The translations under genes were made by a program, and so were the position numbers. This document shows positions 33,883-47,400 of a DNA stretch of 64,000 nt, piece after piece. The stretch's first letter is position 1. Every line of letters starts with the position of its first letter. Below the pieces are notes generated by a model. The model ran no database searches and was not told where the DNA came from. It saw only the letters and a program-made list of their open reading frames with translations. Source of the stretch: Tubulanus polymorphus (Eukaryota; Animalia; Nemertea). The DNA lies in assembly GCF_964204645.1 (NCBI RefSeq), contig NC_134028.1, positions 16,003,653-16,067,652 of the forward strand. Reading direction: 5' to 3'.

Positions 33883-36800
33883 AGTAGTTATACTGTCCCG
33901 GTATAGGCGGGTGTGGTTGTGGATGTGGTTAACCGGAAGTGACGTAATCCAAGATGGCGACCGGAAGTGACGTAATCCAAGATGGCGACCGGAAGTGACG
34001 TAATCCAAGATGGCGGCCGGAAGTGACGTAATCCAAGATGGCGGCCGGAAGTGACGTAATCCAAGATGGCGGCCGGAAGTGACGTAATCCAAGATGGCGA
34101 CCGGAAGTGACGTAATCCAAGATGGCGGATCCAAGATGGCGGATCCAAGATGGTGGCAGGAAGTAATGTCATCCAAGATGGCGGATCCAAGATAGCGGGA
34201 AAATTTAAAAAATACATCGGGTGAGTTCGGGCAAAAGCTATTTCGGATACGGGTCTGGGCAAGATTTTTGTAACAATAGAAACAACATCGCCACCTACAA
34301 TCCATCGACAATAGACAGGTCATTTCATTTAGAGACGAGACACACAACGAGCAACATGTACTCTCCGGTTATCTCATCGTCACCTAACGAAAACGACGTT
34401 ATCAGCAACAAAATACGGATACATCAGTACCAAAGGAGAAGAAAAGTAAAAAGAATCTTGATATAGGTATGTATTTAACTCTCTCAGATTTTTTCAACTT
34501 ATATTCTCAATATCAATTCGGGTTAGTAATCTATCCTAAATCTTATCGTTTCAGGAGATACAGCAACACCGAATTCTCTGAATGACAACACTAGCAAATC
34601 GGATACGCAGTTTTATCTAGGAATGCTAGTTTATGTCAGTCCTACTACGTGGAACGATACGAAAAGAATTGACATTCGACATTACGATTGTAGCGCAAAA
34701 AGATGGGCATATCCGACCAAAAATGGAATATCTCTATACATTCAAGAGTGGGTACATTTAAACTTTTGCAAAATGGAAATCGACAACGCAATCGATCGCG
34801 CTAAAGCTGGAGACTACGACTCTAGCGTATCCAGTTTAGGGAGAGATAATTACGTTAAAGTCTACAAATCTCGAGAGAGCCACCGCGTGTACGTTGATAT
34901 ACGATATTATCGTCTCGTCGATGACAAGGGTACCAGAGAAGCGACCAAAAAAGGTGTTAAATTGTCTCTTGCGCAGTGGAATAATTTGAAAGATATTGAC
35001 TTAAGCGATATAATACCAGAACTCAAAACTACCAGACCATGTATATTCACTCACTTTAATCAGGAAGACTTTTGCTGTTTCTGTGCTACTAGAGACATTA
35101 GTGTTTTCGAGAAGATACGTGAATGTCCCGAAGTAAACAATCCTTCTGATATCTGAGTTACTTATTTTACATATTCGCATATTATTGTAATTACTTTGAA
35201 GAATAAACGAAAATGTCCTTTTTTATTAAATGATAACGAGCGTATTTTCTTTTACTCATGGGAGGAGTGCTCAAAAGGATCGAAGGTGGCAACGAGAAAA
35301 AAAACAACAAATTATTTTCATGGTTGAAATATCATATGTTCACGTTTTATTTTTCATAAAAGTTCTTATGAGAATATTTACACAAAGTCATAACAACATT
35401 CACATGGAGATAGCAAAGTAACAACGGAAGCAACACATTTTCTTGGTAGAAATATGAAAATGATATGTTTTTTATTCCATGGAAACAATAAGCTATGAGA
35501 ATATTTACAAGATAATTACAAACTCAGTTCTTTATTGCATCAAAAAAAAATAATTACAAACTCAATGGATTAGATTAATATATAAAATATAATACTAATA
35601 TTTCAGTTCTTTATTGCATCAAAAAAAGATAATTACAAACTCAATGGATTAGATTAATATATAAATTATAATACTAATATTTCAGTTCTTTATTGCATCA
35701 AAAAAAAGATAATTACAAACTCAATGGATTAGATTAATATATAAATTATAATACTAATATTTCAGTTCTTTATTGCATCAATAAAAAAGATAATTACAAA
35801 CTCAATGGATTAGATTAATATATAAAATATAATACTAATATTTCAGTTCTTTATTGCATCAAAATAAGATAATTACAGAGTACATACATTACAATAATAT
35901 CTGAAATAAAAATGCAATACTAATATATCAGTACTTTATTGTGTCTAAAACAGATAATGATACAAATAAATATCAATGTAATATCTGAAATAAAAATGCA
36001 ATACTAATATTTCAGTTCTTTATTGCATTGAAAGATAACTACAAATTAGATACATTACAATAATATCGGAAATCAAAATGCAATACTAATATTTCAGTAC
36101 TTTATTGAGCCAAACAAAAATATTTACAAATAAGTAACTACAAATTGACTAGATAGAACTCATGTCCCTAAATTGTATGATGCCATTAGAAACGTAATAA
36201 ACGGTATATTATCGGTCGCCTATATAATATTATTAAGCCTAATTAACTATAAGTATATCTCCCTTCCCCCGCTCCGATAGCTGACTGACAGTTCTATGCG
36301 TATTGAAAGACCGTTAGTAAATCATCGAAGCAAGCAAACAAGAGATGAAAAAATCATTTCGCGCAATCTGGTTTTGTTTAGTACTTCTGAGACCAATGTT
36401 ACGAGGCAACTTTCCAGCTACCACTGTGCGCAAATAAACTGAGTTTACTGTCCAAGAGCCAAGACGGAGGTAACTTTCCAGCTTATCGCGGCAATGAAAC
36501 TGAGTTTACTGTCGCAACATCAGAAACTAGTAACCAAACGGTAATGTGTTATATCTATTACCCGGATCAAATGCCCTTTTTGTGTACACGGCGCGGTAGG
36601 TTTTGGTCTCATCCTTGTTATAAATTACCCCCCTCCTTATATCTCGTTTAATTGTACCCGGATTATTTACTAAAAGCTTCTCACGGGTATCGCCGGTGAT
36701 TAATTTAAGCGTAGATTTGAAATTGACGACTTGACTATTTCTGTAATTCAGATTTATCCCCTTGACTTTGCATTCATACGAATAACGGTTCGTCTCCGTA

Positions 36801-37380
36801 TCAAGGACTTTATAGCTGTAATTTTTAGGTCCCCCCGAAACAAATTCAGTTATGTAGCAATTACGACCGAGCTCGTCTGTCATGTCGCCTAAGAAGTTAC
36901 CAGTGTCTGGTTCCCATTCACCAGGCTTTACGGAATAGATGATCGAATCAGTGTCCGTATAAAGGGTTCGATCCCCTAGCTTCTCCGTGTATGTGTACAG
37001 TATGAGTCGAGCGTGAGCAGTTGTAAAAGCAGCTATGGCAACGTTTGTTCGACTGTTTGGCTTGACAAACTCAGACTTTGTTTTGTAATGTACACGGAGT
37101 ACATCATCGTTACAGATGATTATGTCCGAAATTTCAACCGCCGAATCGAGAATCAACTCGTAAAATTCCCCCGGGTCCGAAATGTATTTCGCCGAAGTTT
37201 TGTTACTATTCTGACCAAATTTCCCCCACATACTGTTCAGACATAATTTTGCGACTGTTCGCAGACCCGGAATTTTTTCAATCTTATCCCCATCTAATTG
37301 GATACCTTCCCGCGCCGCGTATTCCGCTATATAGTTTAGTCTTTCATCGTCGGACATATCGCCCGATGGCCACCCACTAG
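33883..37380 (-). mobile_element. Mirror copy of the Maverick A end (AGTAGT terminus, 28-bp array, PC4 gene, 80-bp repeats, pPolB C-terminus)
   Basis: agtagttatactgtcccgg at 33883; array at 33932-34197. Confidence 0.9.
34356..35156 (+). CDS. Tandem PC4-like gene (mirror copy); intron 34467-34554
   Basis: atag|gtatgt ... tttcag|gagat, followed by the PC4 repeats. Confidence 0.75.
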
Positions 37381-38035
37381 TTTCATACTCGGAATCATTG
37401 CATATGATATCTAACTTAACGACTTCCATCTCATTATGACACGACTCTCTAGAACCAAATGTTGCAATACTTACTGAATCTTTCCTCATGGGTTTGAGCC
37501 CTAAAATATCAACAATACTTTGTGTGACAAATGAACGCTGTGACCCATCATCGAATAATAAATTAGCCGAAATACGTTTGGAATTACTATCTATATTAAC
37601 TACAGCTGTTTTGAGAAGTATCGAACTTCCCTTTACGGTCGATGTCGTCGTTTGTTGAATGCTGACTTCTGTTGGGGCTATCTCTTGACGCGAACAGTCG
37701 TTTTCTTCTACTAATGTGGTCGTAACAGCGGACTCGTGGCGACCTACGGATTTCTCAAACATCGACGCACCACACAGCGAAGTATGATGTCTCGAAGAAC
37801 ATTTTTTACACCGAAAACGCGATTGACAATTTCTACTACGATGTTTGCCTAGGCAATTAAAACACAAATGCGATTTTTGAATTATTTCCAAACGCTTTTC
37901 GGGATCGGATACCTTATTACACGAAGCGGTGAAATGTTGATCGTCATTGCAGAATAAGCATTTTCTATTAAATTTCACGGAGTCTCGTTTTACCCATTGT
38001 TGCTGACCATTATTGCTCGCGTGGAGTGACGTCAC
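36527..38035 (-). CDS. Chimeric ORF: BEL/Pao gag zinc knuckles and aspartic protease fused in frame to the pPolB C-terminal third
   Basis: Three CCHC knuckles (CLFC...H...C, CFNC...H...C, CKKC...HH...C) and protease motif LLFDDGSQRSFVT. The junction at 37381/37380 leads into SGWPSGD...YTDTDS...LPFGY. Confidence 0.85.
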   Translation of the reverse strand: MTSLHASNNGQQQWVKRDSVKFNRKCLFCNDDQHFTASCNKVSDPEKRLEIIQKSHLCFNCLGKHRSRNCQSRFRCKKCSSRHHTSLCGASMFEKSVGRHESAVTTTLVEENDCSRQEIAPTEVSIQQTTTSTVKGSSILLKTAVVNIDSNSKRISANLLFDDGSQRSFVTQSIVDILGLKPMRKDSVSIATFGSRESCHNEMEVVKLDIICNDSEYETSGWPSGDMSDDERLNYIAEYAAREGIQLDGDKIEKIPGLRTVAKLCLNSMWGKFGQNSNKTSAKYISDPGEFYELILDSAVEISDIIICNDDVLRVHYKTKSEFVKPNSRTNVAIAAFTTAHARLILYTYTEKLGDRTLYTDTDSIIYSVKPGEWEPDTGNFLGDMTDELGRNCYITEFVSGGPKNYSYKVLDTETNRYSYECKVKGINLNYRNSQVVNFKSTLKLITGDTREKLLVNNPGTIKRDIRRGVIYNKDETKTYRAVYTKRAFDPGNRYNTLPFGY

Positions 38036-38359
38036 CGTCCCTTCTGCTATTGGTGTAAATCTGGACTCTGATGATATACCCGCGTTGCAAAATTCGAGAA
38101 TACGGATTTCACTCGGCTCGAGGGACCAAATGTCCTGACAACGACGGATCTGACTGTATCCTCGAGGGCTTCTGTCCAGAAGGTACGAAACAAACTACAG
38201 GAATGACTTACTCACAGTGCTGAATACTGTTCGAACTTTATTATATACATAAGTCAGTCACAATACAATTTACATGGGTCATGATTCACAATCTAACAAC
38301 CTAACTTGTATATAACTAATATTATTCACACATAAATGTATGTACACGGTTGATACACA
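37381..38359 (-). mobile_element. Internally deleted BEL/Pao LTR retrotransposon fragment with PBS and probable 5' LTR (~38131-38359)
   Basis: On the - strand ...GGACA tt TGGTCCCTCGAGCCG (tRNA-Tyr-like PBS, 38128-38114); AATAAA inside the putative LTR. The outer LTR boundary is uncertain. Confidence 0.75.
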
Positions 38360-38394
38360 TTCTACAGTGCGCTGAACTGCACTGACAACACCAT

Positions 38395-38745
38395 TAGAAA
38401 GCTACAGTACTCAGAATTCAGGCCAAAATTGACATTTTTGGGAACAAAAAAGGTTACAGTACGGCCATCTTGAGTCCGATCGACCCAATTTTTCTCATGC
38501 CGATGGGCCCTTGGGGGATACAAATATATACGAATGATCAAGGTTATTGATAAAAGTGTCTTTAAAATTTCCCTCGAAAACTTCAAAAATGTGTAAAAAG
38601 TGCTGATTTTGGCGAACAACAATGGCTGCCAGTCGGCCATCTTGAATCTGACAGGGCCAGTTTTTGGCCTGAAGATGTGTCTAGGGTAGATACACGTATA
38701 AACCAAATATCAAGACATTACCTTGAAGCGTCTTCAAAACTTTGG
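38395..38745. repeat. Interspersed repeat; a second copy lies at ~48720-49013 plus 49853-49900
   Basis: Shared aaaatttccct(c/a)gaaaacttcaaaaatgtgtaaaaagtgct and gtataaaccaaatatcaagac...gaagcgtcttcaaaactt. Confidence 0.8.
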
Positions 38746-39014
38746 AACTCTCACGAACTATCTAGATGGTTATCTCTCGACCTAAATAGCTTCAAGAGCC
38801 ATCTCAAAAAACTTTGTTCCATGCAGCATACCATTAACTCTCGGAAAGCGAATTGTATTTAACATTTTTTTGGCAGAATAAAATTTGATTGAATTTGCAA
38901 TTCGGGCACATGGCTAATTAGCATATCAAGGTCATACACCCGATTTGGTAAAACCTTTTTTTTCGCGAACCTTGCGCAATTGTCAAGGATGAATTTTCTG
39001 TAGAGCAAATAAAA

Positions 39015-40065
39015 GTTCCTCCCAAACACCAAATCAACTAAAGATTTCATAGAAATCGATCTTGAAATACAATTTTAAATCTTAAAATAAAACCCGGAAG
39101 TAAAACAGTAGACGATACCGCAGGTTCGCGTGAACACCTGATTTCTGTAAACGAAATGTTGGTTGTGACAAAATTGTTCAGACGGTTTTAGGTGGTAATA
39201 AGTAGGCTACGGAAACGTAACGACCATGGTCGACTTATTCGATGAAATCAGGCCTATGTGATATCCAAATTTTGACTTTTTTATTCTCCAGACCTCCCTG
39301 ATATAGAAATACAAAATTTTGAATCACGAAAACTCCTGGCGCGGCCCCCGACGCTTTTCGTTGATTAAGTAATAAAATTATCATGCAATGGGTTTTCACA
39401 ATCTACCGCTGGTATTTACCAGATTTCAATATCACTCCAAAATTCAAAGAAACCTCGAAATATCGAACTGGAATACTTCCGGTAGATATCCGCGGCTGCC
39501 CAACCGGGAAACTTATTAGTTTCAATAGATATTGATAGGATCCATCATCTTCACCCGTCAAGGGATTCGAACCCACTAAGCTAAAGCCATGCCAGAATCG
39601 GGTCGGGCTAATCACAGCGCTTGTAACAAACCACATTAGGCTTCCTTGGAATTTCCCAGTAAATGGGCCAATCAGCGAACACGTAGCGAACGCGGAAGTA
39701 TTGTCGCGTGTTGATACATAAAGTCATGCGCAAAAGCGCCAGTAATGAAATCGCGATAATTCACGTGAACAGCTGCTGATATTTTCAGATAAACCAATCA
39801 CTGGGAAGACACAACTTCCTGATTGGCTGATAAAAATTGAAATTTTCCCGATTTAACTTTCGTGAAAAATGCAGAAAACATTTTTATGAGACCCTATTTC
39901 AAAATTCTGCTCGCTAACATTCCGAGAATGGATTACGCTTAAATACGTGATTTGTTCGAATATGCCCTCACTTGGCAAGCAAAAGAGCCTTTTGTGTGGA
40001 AACCATGTCATTTAAATTCGCTCCATTTGTATAGTAATAGGCTCAGCCTACGGCTGGCCTGATAA
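39015..40065 (+). repeat. Interspersed repeat with a 3' hairpin (possibly non-autonomous Helitron/Helentron-like); related copy at ~50795-51185
   Basis: 39021-39147 resembles 50801-50930 and 39890-40040 resembles 51025-51175; hairpin aggctcagcc-tac-ggctggcct at about 40039-40060. Confidence 0.55.
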
Positions 40066-40075
40066 ATGAGTAAAT

Positions 40076-41260
40076 TTAGAAATAAATACAGTATACGACC
40101 TTTGTGAGTCTTTTCATTATGAATAGCCAATCACACGCTATTAAGCTCCTATAAAATCTATCAATATTATGCTCACTAAAGTTTCTAGTTGAGTAAGTAC
40201 TATTATTGCAAACACGTTTACGTTGATCACACATTGTGAAAATTGGAAAATGATCAGAAATATCTGTACATAATATGCCCGAGTTAAATACATTTTGAAC
40301 ATTATTACAAAAAGTATTGTCAATTAGACTGGATGAATTATTAGTCACCCTGGTTGGTTTATCAATTAGTGGATAAAAGGATGAAGCTATCAGATTATCT
40401 AGAAATGATTCAGTAGGCTGATGAACTTCTGCTTGAAGTAAATCAATGTTAAAATCACCAATCAAATAACAATCTTTTCTTTCCCTATTCAGCTTGTCTA
40501 ATAGTAAACTAAATTCAACTAAAAAAGTAGATATACTTAGCCCCGGAGGTCTATATATGATACCAATAATCTTATTCTTTTGATTCTTACAAATAATTTC
40601 AATAAAGAGAGATTCAAATATCTCATTCTTACCAGAAAGATCTGGGCGTATTATAGATTCATAATCATCTTTGAAATAAGGGGCAACGCCACCACCCTTT
40701 ACATCATTCGAGCGGCTTTTGAAAATACTATTGTAGCCAGGTAGTTTATAAAGATTATTGTTATGGGCATTATCATTACTCCAAGTCTCAGTTAGTCCTA
40801 TGATAGAAAAATCGGATTTTATACAATTGATGTAGTCAGTGAAAGAATCAAAATTTTTGTTGCAACTTCAAATATAAAAAGTGCAAATTGAAAATTGACT
40901 TTTATCAAATTCAAAGTTATTTTCATCAAAATACTTACAATTATTAGATGAAGATGGATTGTTAATCATAGACTGATGGAAAAGAATACACTTTAAACTG
41001 CAGTAACAGGTGGGTCACCAGAAATAATCCTGTCCTTTTTATTCAGTTGGCTACAACTGCGACTGATGATAGCAGGTGACGTCTGACTATGAGATCTTTT
41101 CTTGTTTCTACCCGACGGTAAAGCAAATCCATTCAGGAATGTGGCTGTCAGTTCTTTGGCTCCGTCTATACCTAAATGAACTCCACTCCTATCCATGGAA
41201 TCGAAGAGGGCTCGTGTAACACCAGCTTGGTTGGGGCGGAACTTTTCATCATTGTCGATA
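40076..41260 (-). pseudogene. CR1/L2-type LINE fragment: end of ORF1 and APE endonuclease
   Basis: IIGLTETW, GGGVA, GIIYRPPG, IGDFNIDLL, PTRVT...LIDN, ISDHFPIF; upstream DRSGVHL resembles an ORF1 esterase motif. Confidence 0.85.
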
Positions 41261-41363
41261 TAAAAAACGGTTCACCTAATTACCAATCGGGCCGGACCAA
41301 TTGAGTGAGACCACTCAATATAGTCACTTGTAGAAGCTGTCCCCGGTGTGCATTCTGTAAATA

Positions 41364-41732
41364 TTGTCAACTGTACTGATGGAAATGTTAAGTTGTGGGT
41401 TAATGCACAAGACACTAAAGGAATCAATAATAGTTAAAGGAGTACTTCTACAACTTCATCACAACTATCATGTAGAAAGCCCCAAGATATCCCTTGATGT
41501 AGGGGAATGGTGTTTGGTGAAATATGATGGACAGAATTATCCAGGTGAAGTGAAGCGAGTAGTTGATGGAGGCGTTGAGTATGAGGTCAATGTGATGCAT
41601 CCTCCAGGTGGCAATTTTAATTGGCCTAAAGAACAGGACTGCTTTATATATCAGAATTCCGAGATTGTAAGTAAAATCAAAGCACCAGTACTGGTCGGTA
41701 CAAGACGACAGTTTCGAATACAAGTGGACTAA
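41364..41732 (+). pseudogene. Probable C-terminal fragment of a DNA-transposon protein (Tudor/SH3-like tail)
   Basis: VGEWCLVKYDGQNYPGEV...YEVNVM...FNWPKEQD pattern. The family cannot be determined from sequence alone. Confidence 0.45.
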
Positions 41733-42184
41733 GTGTAAAATGTGTTCATATGTGATTTATGACTAATATGATTGTTGAAATAGCTAGTAATAGCATGCCT
41801 TATAGAATAAGGTGAGTTCTGTACTTGCAATATATACTTATTGAGGCTATTTTCTTTTTTATTCTTGCATGTGTCAAAATGTCCTGTACCACACCGTCCG
41901 GTACCATACTTGGTCATGTTTTGTTTCATCCCCCTGGGGCTCTGAGTTTGTGAAACATAAGTAGATATATATATATATAAGTACATAATAAAATATGAGT
42001 ATATAAGTATAAATATATGCCACAAATTTTTTTGCCGTGGGATAAGATGTGCCTAGCCTATCAGGAGTAAGAAAATTATGAATCAATGCTAAGTTCTTGT
42101 AAAGTTGGGTAAACCTTATGAATGTCCCGTACAATACTCAAAGAATCCCTTTTTTCACTAATGTTGTCCCCTTTTAAATTCTGT

Positions 42185-42551
42185 CTAAGACCGGTCTAAA
42201 TGGGTCAGTACCTTGCCTGGTCCAAATTTAGGCCGGCCCAAATTTTGGTGAGCGTTCACACGGCGTTTTGACACGCGGTGACAAAATCGCTTGTCATCGG
42301 GCCCACAAGATGTCGCCATCTGCTAAATAGTTAATTGCGCCTGGATGAAGTCTTGCTTCCAGATTCCAAATAGAGCAAGACATTCTTCATTTGACCAATT
42401 CGATCCTATGTCATGTTTATACATTTTTGCGAATTCGATTTTATTCTATCATGCTGAAACTCTAAAGCCGCGTTCACACGACAACTATTTAGACCGGTCT
42501 AAATGGGTCCGTACCTGGCCGTCCAAATTTAGACCGGACCAAATTTTGGTC
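42185..42551. repeat. MITE-like fragments with a duplicated agaccggtctaaatgggtc...aaattttggt unit
   Basis: 42188-42249 resembles 42491-42550; gcgttcacacg motifs occur twice. Confidence 0.6.
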
Positions 42552-44473
42552 TGTATCAGCTGTAATCTGTATCAGCTGTCGGGAACATACACTTGAAAGG
42601 AAAAAAGTATAAACATCTGTAATCTAATGAGCTTAATGTGGTCAAGAAATATGAGAAACTCCAGAAGACACTGAAGTTAATCCATCAATTTCATAGTCTT
42701 AATCATCAATTAATAATCCATTGACTTCAGTAAAAATGCTATCACTTGTCAATTAGCAAAAGTCCTTTGATAAATAGCCCTCAAGTACATAGACCTATGT
42801 ATACACTCTGTGAGTTATCTGTACTAAAGAGACACGATGCCTTCAATGCTAATGGCTCCAAATAGTCCTACTCTACTAAAACTACTTTGTTTGTATTTTA
42901 TCACTCCAAGGGGTGTTTTCTTTTCATGTAAAAATGATGTCAAATGGACCATTCCTCCAACGGTTATTAGAATGTGGTAGTCCACGGTTTGAGGGATAAC
43001 TAAACCAGCTATTATACAGATTGTGCACTTAATTCATAAACAGGTAATTGTAAATTCGTATCAATTACGAATTCATCCGTTATCCGTTTATCACTTAACC
43101 CGTACTAAAAAACTAAGTCTCTAGTGATATGGATTAACCGAGGTTGACTGTACATGTATACACGCAGGTCAATCTATATGCCCTCTTTCCACTAAAAGTT
43201 AGAAAAGAGCATGTTTAGTATGATGATTTCACTGTTTAACTACGTTTTGACTACTCATTTTCTAGTGTCACCAGTAGAGTTTTTGGAAGGAGTACAACAA
43301 CATAACATTAGTCTTGAGATTTTAGTTTTTATTAAATTGTACAACATAAAAGTTACATAGAATAGAAAGATCAGTACACTATCAGATCCAATCAATGATG
43401 GAAATTTTATCAAATCAAAGTTAAATATGTTCAATGTTCAATATTTTCTACAATGTGAATTGTGTAATGACGATTTTGTAGAAATGTGAATATTCGTTAT
43501 AGAGGTTGACAATATGACTTTTCTTGTGACAAACACTTGAACACCAATGCCACAACCTAAAATAATAAGTACATATAATATCAAAAACAAAAAACATGAT
43601 AACATGGTGGTTCAAATATCCCTTATGTTTAACTCCCCCTTGAATAGGAAAAAATAATACAAGAAAGGTGCTTTTGAATAATTTCTTCGAAATCCATCCC
43701 AATTAGTTCCAACATCTTTTGAAGATTTCAGACAATAAAACCATATGAAAGGACCAAAGGTCCCCCGTTCTCTGGGAAGTGGTTTGAAATGCTCTACAAT
43801 CTTCTGATGTGTTATACCTTGTGTATGATCTAAAAAGATTACGAGAATAAGTAAGTCAGTTTTACTGTTTCTTTATACTCTTTACTATATATGATTTCTT
43901 TTTTCATTGGTATTTTATACTCCAAACTGTTTTGGAGGTTCGAGAAAATACCCCAGAAATACAGGTGAAGATACTAGATATTCACTGGATGTCTTCTTTC
44001 ATTTGGTACCAAGAACAAGCTTCTAACTTGATTTGAAGTGAGTAAATTGAATTTATTAACTGGCTAAGATCATGAATTATAATCAGCATATAATTCAGCA
44101 AACAATGGTACATAATTCTAGAAAACTAGGGGTCCAGGGACACCACGCCCACTTGGAAAGTGGTTTGAAATGCTCAACAGAGAATTCAATATTCAACGCG
44201 TGGTGAACATATTAAGAAAGCAATGACTTTAAAAACTCATCCAGTCATAGAGCATTTCACTAGCTACAATTTTGCATTTAATTGCGGTTACAGAACATGC
44301 CTGGATGCCAATACAATACGAAAATATTTAGCTATTCAACGCCCCCTGGTAACAATATTCAATAACCGATGACCTGGAAACTCTTCACAATTATCGAACA
44401 TGGCACAAGCTCCAACTTTGCAAATCATTCTGGTTAAAAAAATATCCATAGGTACCAATACAAATGGGTAAAT

Positions 44474-47400
44474 CAGACCTGCCTACCCAGAATTTTTGCT
44501 GCCAGTAGTTTCAGTAGTAGTAGGGCCAGTCAGAGAGTAGTTTTTTGCCATTTTTCCTAGATCGTATTCAGACTCTTCTAAGAGTAATTTTGACTTCTGC
44601 TTTTCTGTCAAAATCATAGTTTTCACTTCATCAGAGTACTTTTAAAACGTCTACATAGTCACAGAATAAAAACTAAGTAAAACAATCTCCTAATAATAAG
44701 TTTTTCTTTTATTTTAATCTAAACTGTTATGAAGTGATCATATAAAATGCAAAAATAAGGAACACATTTTTCATTAAACTAAACTAACCACAATCTTATT
44801 GAGATTTACACCAACAGTTATCTCGAATGTAGTAAATTTTTCAAAGAATGAGAGTATGCATGCTTGAATGAGAGTATGCATGCTTTAATTCATGAAGATA
44901 ACTATCTGTGTAAGCAATTTCACTTGGATTGGATTTCAACACTAACAATGCTTCAAGCGTTTTGTCTCCCAAACAAATTCTCTGATCAGTACATCTCTCT
45001 GATCAGTGCACACAATGTGCACTTGAATGAGGTATGCTCAGAATGCCGCACATTACAGAACTCAAATTCTTGAATAAGCAACTGTCAAACTCTTTAACTG
45101 CGCCAATTTGTGACCACACACTATCTAATCTCGGCTTACTAGATACATTTATCGTCGCAATAAGCTCACCATCATGAACATATTCATTAAATTGTTTAGT
45201 GACTTGGTCTTTCAGTCTATCATTACAAACAATTTCATACATTTCAAGGTAAGACAACAAGTCTTCTGATTTCACCGACTTTCATTGTTCTGGTAATGTT
45301 AACTCAAGGGCTGGATTTTTGGCATACAGTTGAAGCATGCATGTTGCTAGTTCTGAATAAATGCCATCTTCATATAATCGAACCTTTTGCCACACTTTCT
45401 CAATTCTAGAATTGGTCAATTCTTTCGTAATAGGGCGGAAATCAGTTACTTGGTACAAACAAAATTCCTCCAGAATAGTTTCTTTGGCTACACCATGTGG
45501 TATGATACACGGAAACCTATCTAAAAAAGAATTTGAGATGACTTTGAGGAACACTTTCTTTCAACGATATGTCAGCAACCTCACAGCAGTGAAGCAACTT
45601 ATCAGATACAGGGAGTTTATCCAACATATAGTCCAGCAGACTTGTATAGTATTTGACTATGTTGGCATAGAACTCCGTGATGCTTGTGTCCTTCAAATAG
45701 TTTTTGTCTTTATCTTTGATAAATGACTGTGCTTCATCACCTATCATGATCAAATGATTTGGCTTTCTGTTGTAATTCAACTTATACTGAACCTTATCAA
45801 AAGTAAATCCTACCAGTGCAGACGGTTTTAAAAATCATTGGGACTGCAAATTTAGTAGTATGTCATCAAAGACATGTACTGCGTAATTAAGAAAAAGGCA
45901 ATACAACTTATAAGTAGGCGACCTGAAGAATTCACAGAGTGATTGGCTCTTTGCTTTGGCATAAGCTTGGTTAGGTCTATTATCAGCAGCTTTTGGGGCT
46001 TTTTCTTTGTTGAAAAACTTTTTCAAAGGTTCCCAATTGTAAATCAACCTTTCAATGCACCTGAAAAGTATATGTAACACATAACGATTATCTTTAAATA
46101 TTGAATTACAACTTTTTACCTGCAAATAGATAAATCTTAATTTACCATTTAAACTAACAGTTATATATATAGTTATATAATCACCTTCCAATGCTTAGCC
46201 ACCTTGTTTGGCCATGTTCAAGAACAGGTTTTGGTGCAAGTCCACATTCCGTAGTAAGAGATGCAAGTTCCAACTGCCTTTTATCACTCTTTTTCAAATA
46301 ATTAAAGACATCAACTAATATATCATCAATACCAGGTAGGTGTGCACTAGCAGCTTTCCGTGCTACAATGTGGACCAAATGCAACACACAGCCTGACAGG
46401 TAAATATCAGGATTTTTCTTCTTGGCAAAAGCAATCACACCATTCTTATCGCCCACATTCACATTCGTATTGTCTAATCCCAATGCAAGACAGTTTTCCC
46501 ACTTAATGTTGTTTCTTCTGAGCTCACTGTCTAAAAGTTTAAAAATATTTTCACCTGAAATTAAACCGAAAGTAAGTATATAGTTAGGTTAGTTTAACAT
46601 CTATTTCATGAAGATGAATCAATGTATTTCCCTATTAAAAACAAATTCAGAAACAAAACTTACCAGTTGATCTGCCATCAATAGTTGGTACAGACAGGAG
46701 CTCCGAATCCACATTCTTCGTAATACCATTAAACAGCCTAACAACAATGGGATACTGCTTTCCATGGTTGTCATCATTGCTACCATCAGTTGAATGTGTA
46801 AATGGTTGTGTTCTTAGTCGTCTGATAATTGACTGCTGAACTGCTATTGCTGATTTTTTCATGATGACTGTTTTTACTACGTCCACAGCTGTAACCTGAA
46901 ATGGGTAATCTTATAATTGAAATAACAAATAAATTCGAAAGTGGAATAAAGATTGAGTGGAAGACCAGTGTAAAATAGAATGTCAACTCCCACACCCTCC
47001 TAGTGTGACATAAGGCCAAAACAAAATATAAGAACCTTCACCAACAAGTAAAAAACATACATATTAATTCAAGAACTTTTTGATGTGTTACTTGGTAATT
47101 ATAAATCATCATAACCCTTGTTTCCCTCTCATCAGTATCAAAATTTTGAAGCTGAATAAATGTGTAAAACTATGATGTATTATACCTAGGTCTCCAAATG
47201 TTTACAAAAAAATATCTTAGTTATCAATAGGACTATTTATTGCCTGTTGAATCAGAGACTCCGACACTGTAAAAAATATAAGCCTTATTGCAATTCAACA
47301 GAGACTAGACAACAGACATGTCCAATGATTTATGGTAGCATTTGGAGTGAAATTTTGCAACAGGTTCAATTCATGTTCGATAGATGGCGCTAGTAGTAGC

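Larger units (their letters stand above)
22115..37380 (-). repeat. Right arm of the 15,266-bp inverted duplication (mirror of 5740-21005)
   Basis: Position x pairs with 43120-x throughout. Confidence 0.97.

Noticed and set aside
5740-37380. A single Maverick with giant TIRs
   Set aside because: The arms contain whole genes, start mid-pPolB and have the AGTAGT termini inside them. This is a later inverted duplication.
39540-39640. tRNA-like motif (gggattcgaaccc)
   Set aside because: Only a B-box-like fragment; I could not build a cloverleaf. At most a SINE remnant.
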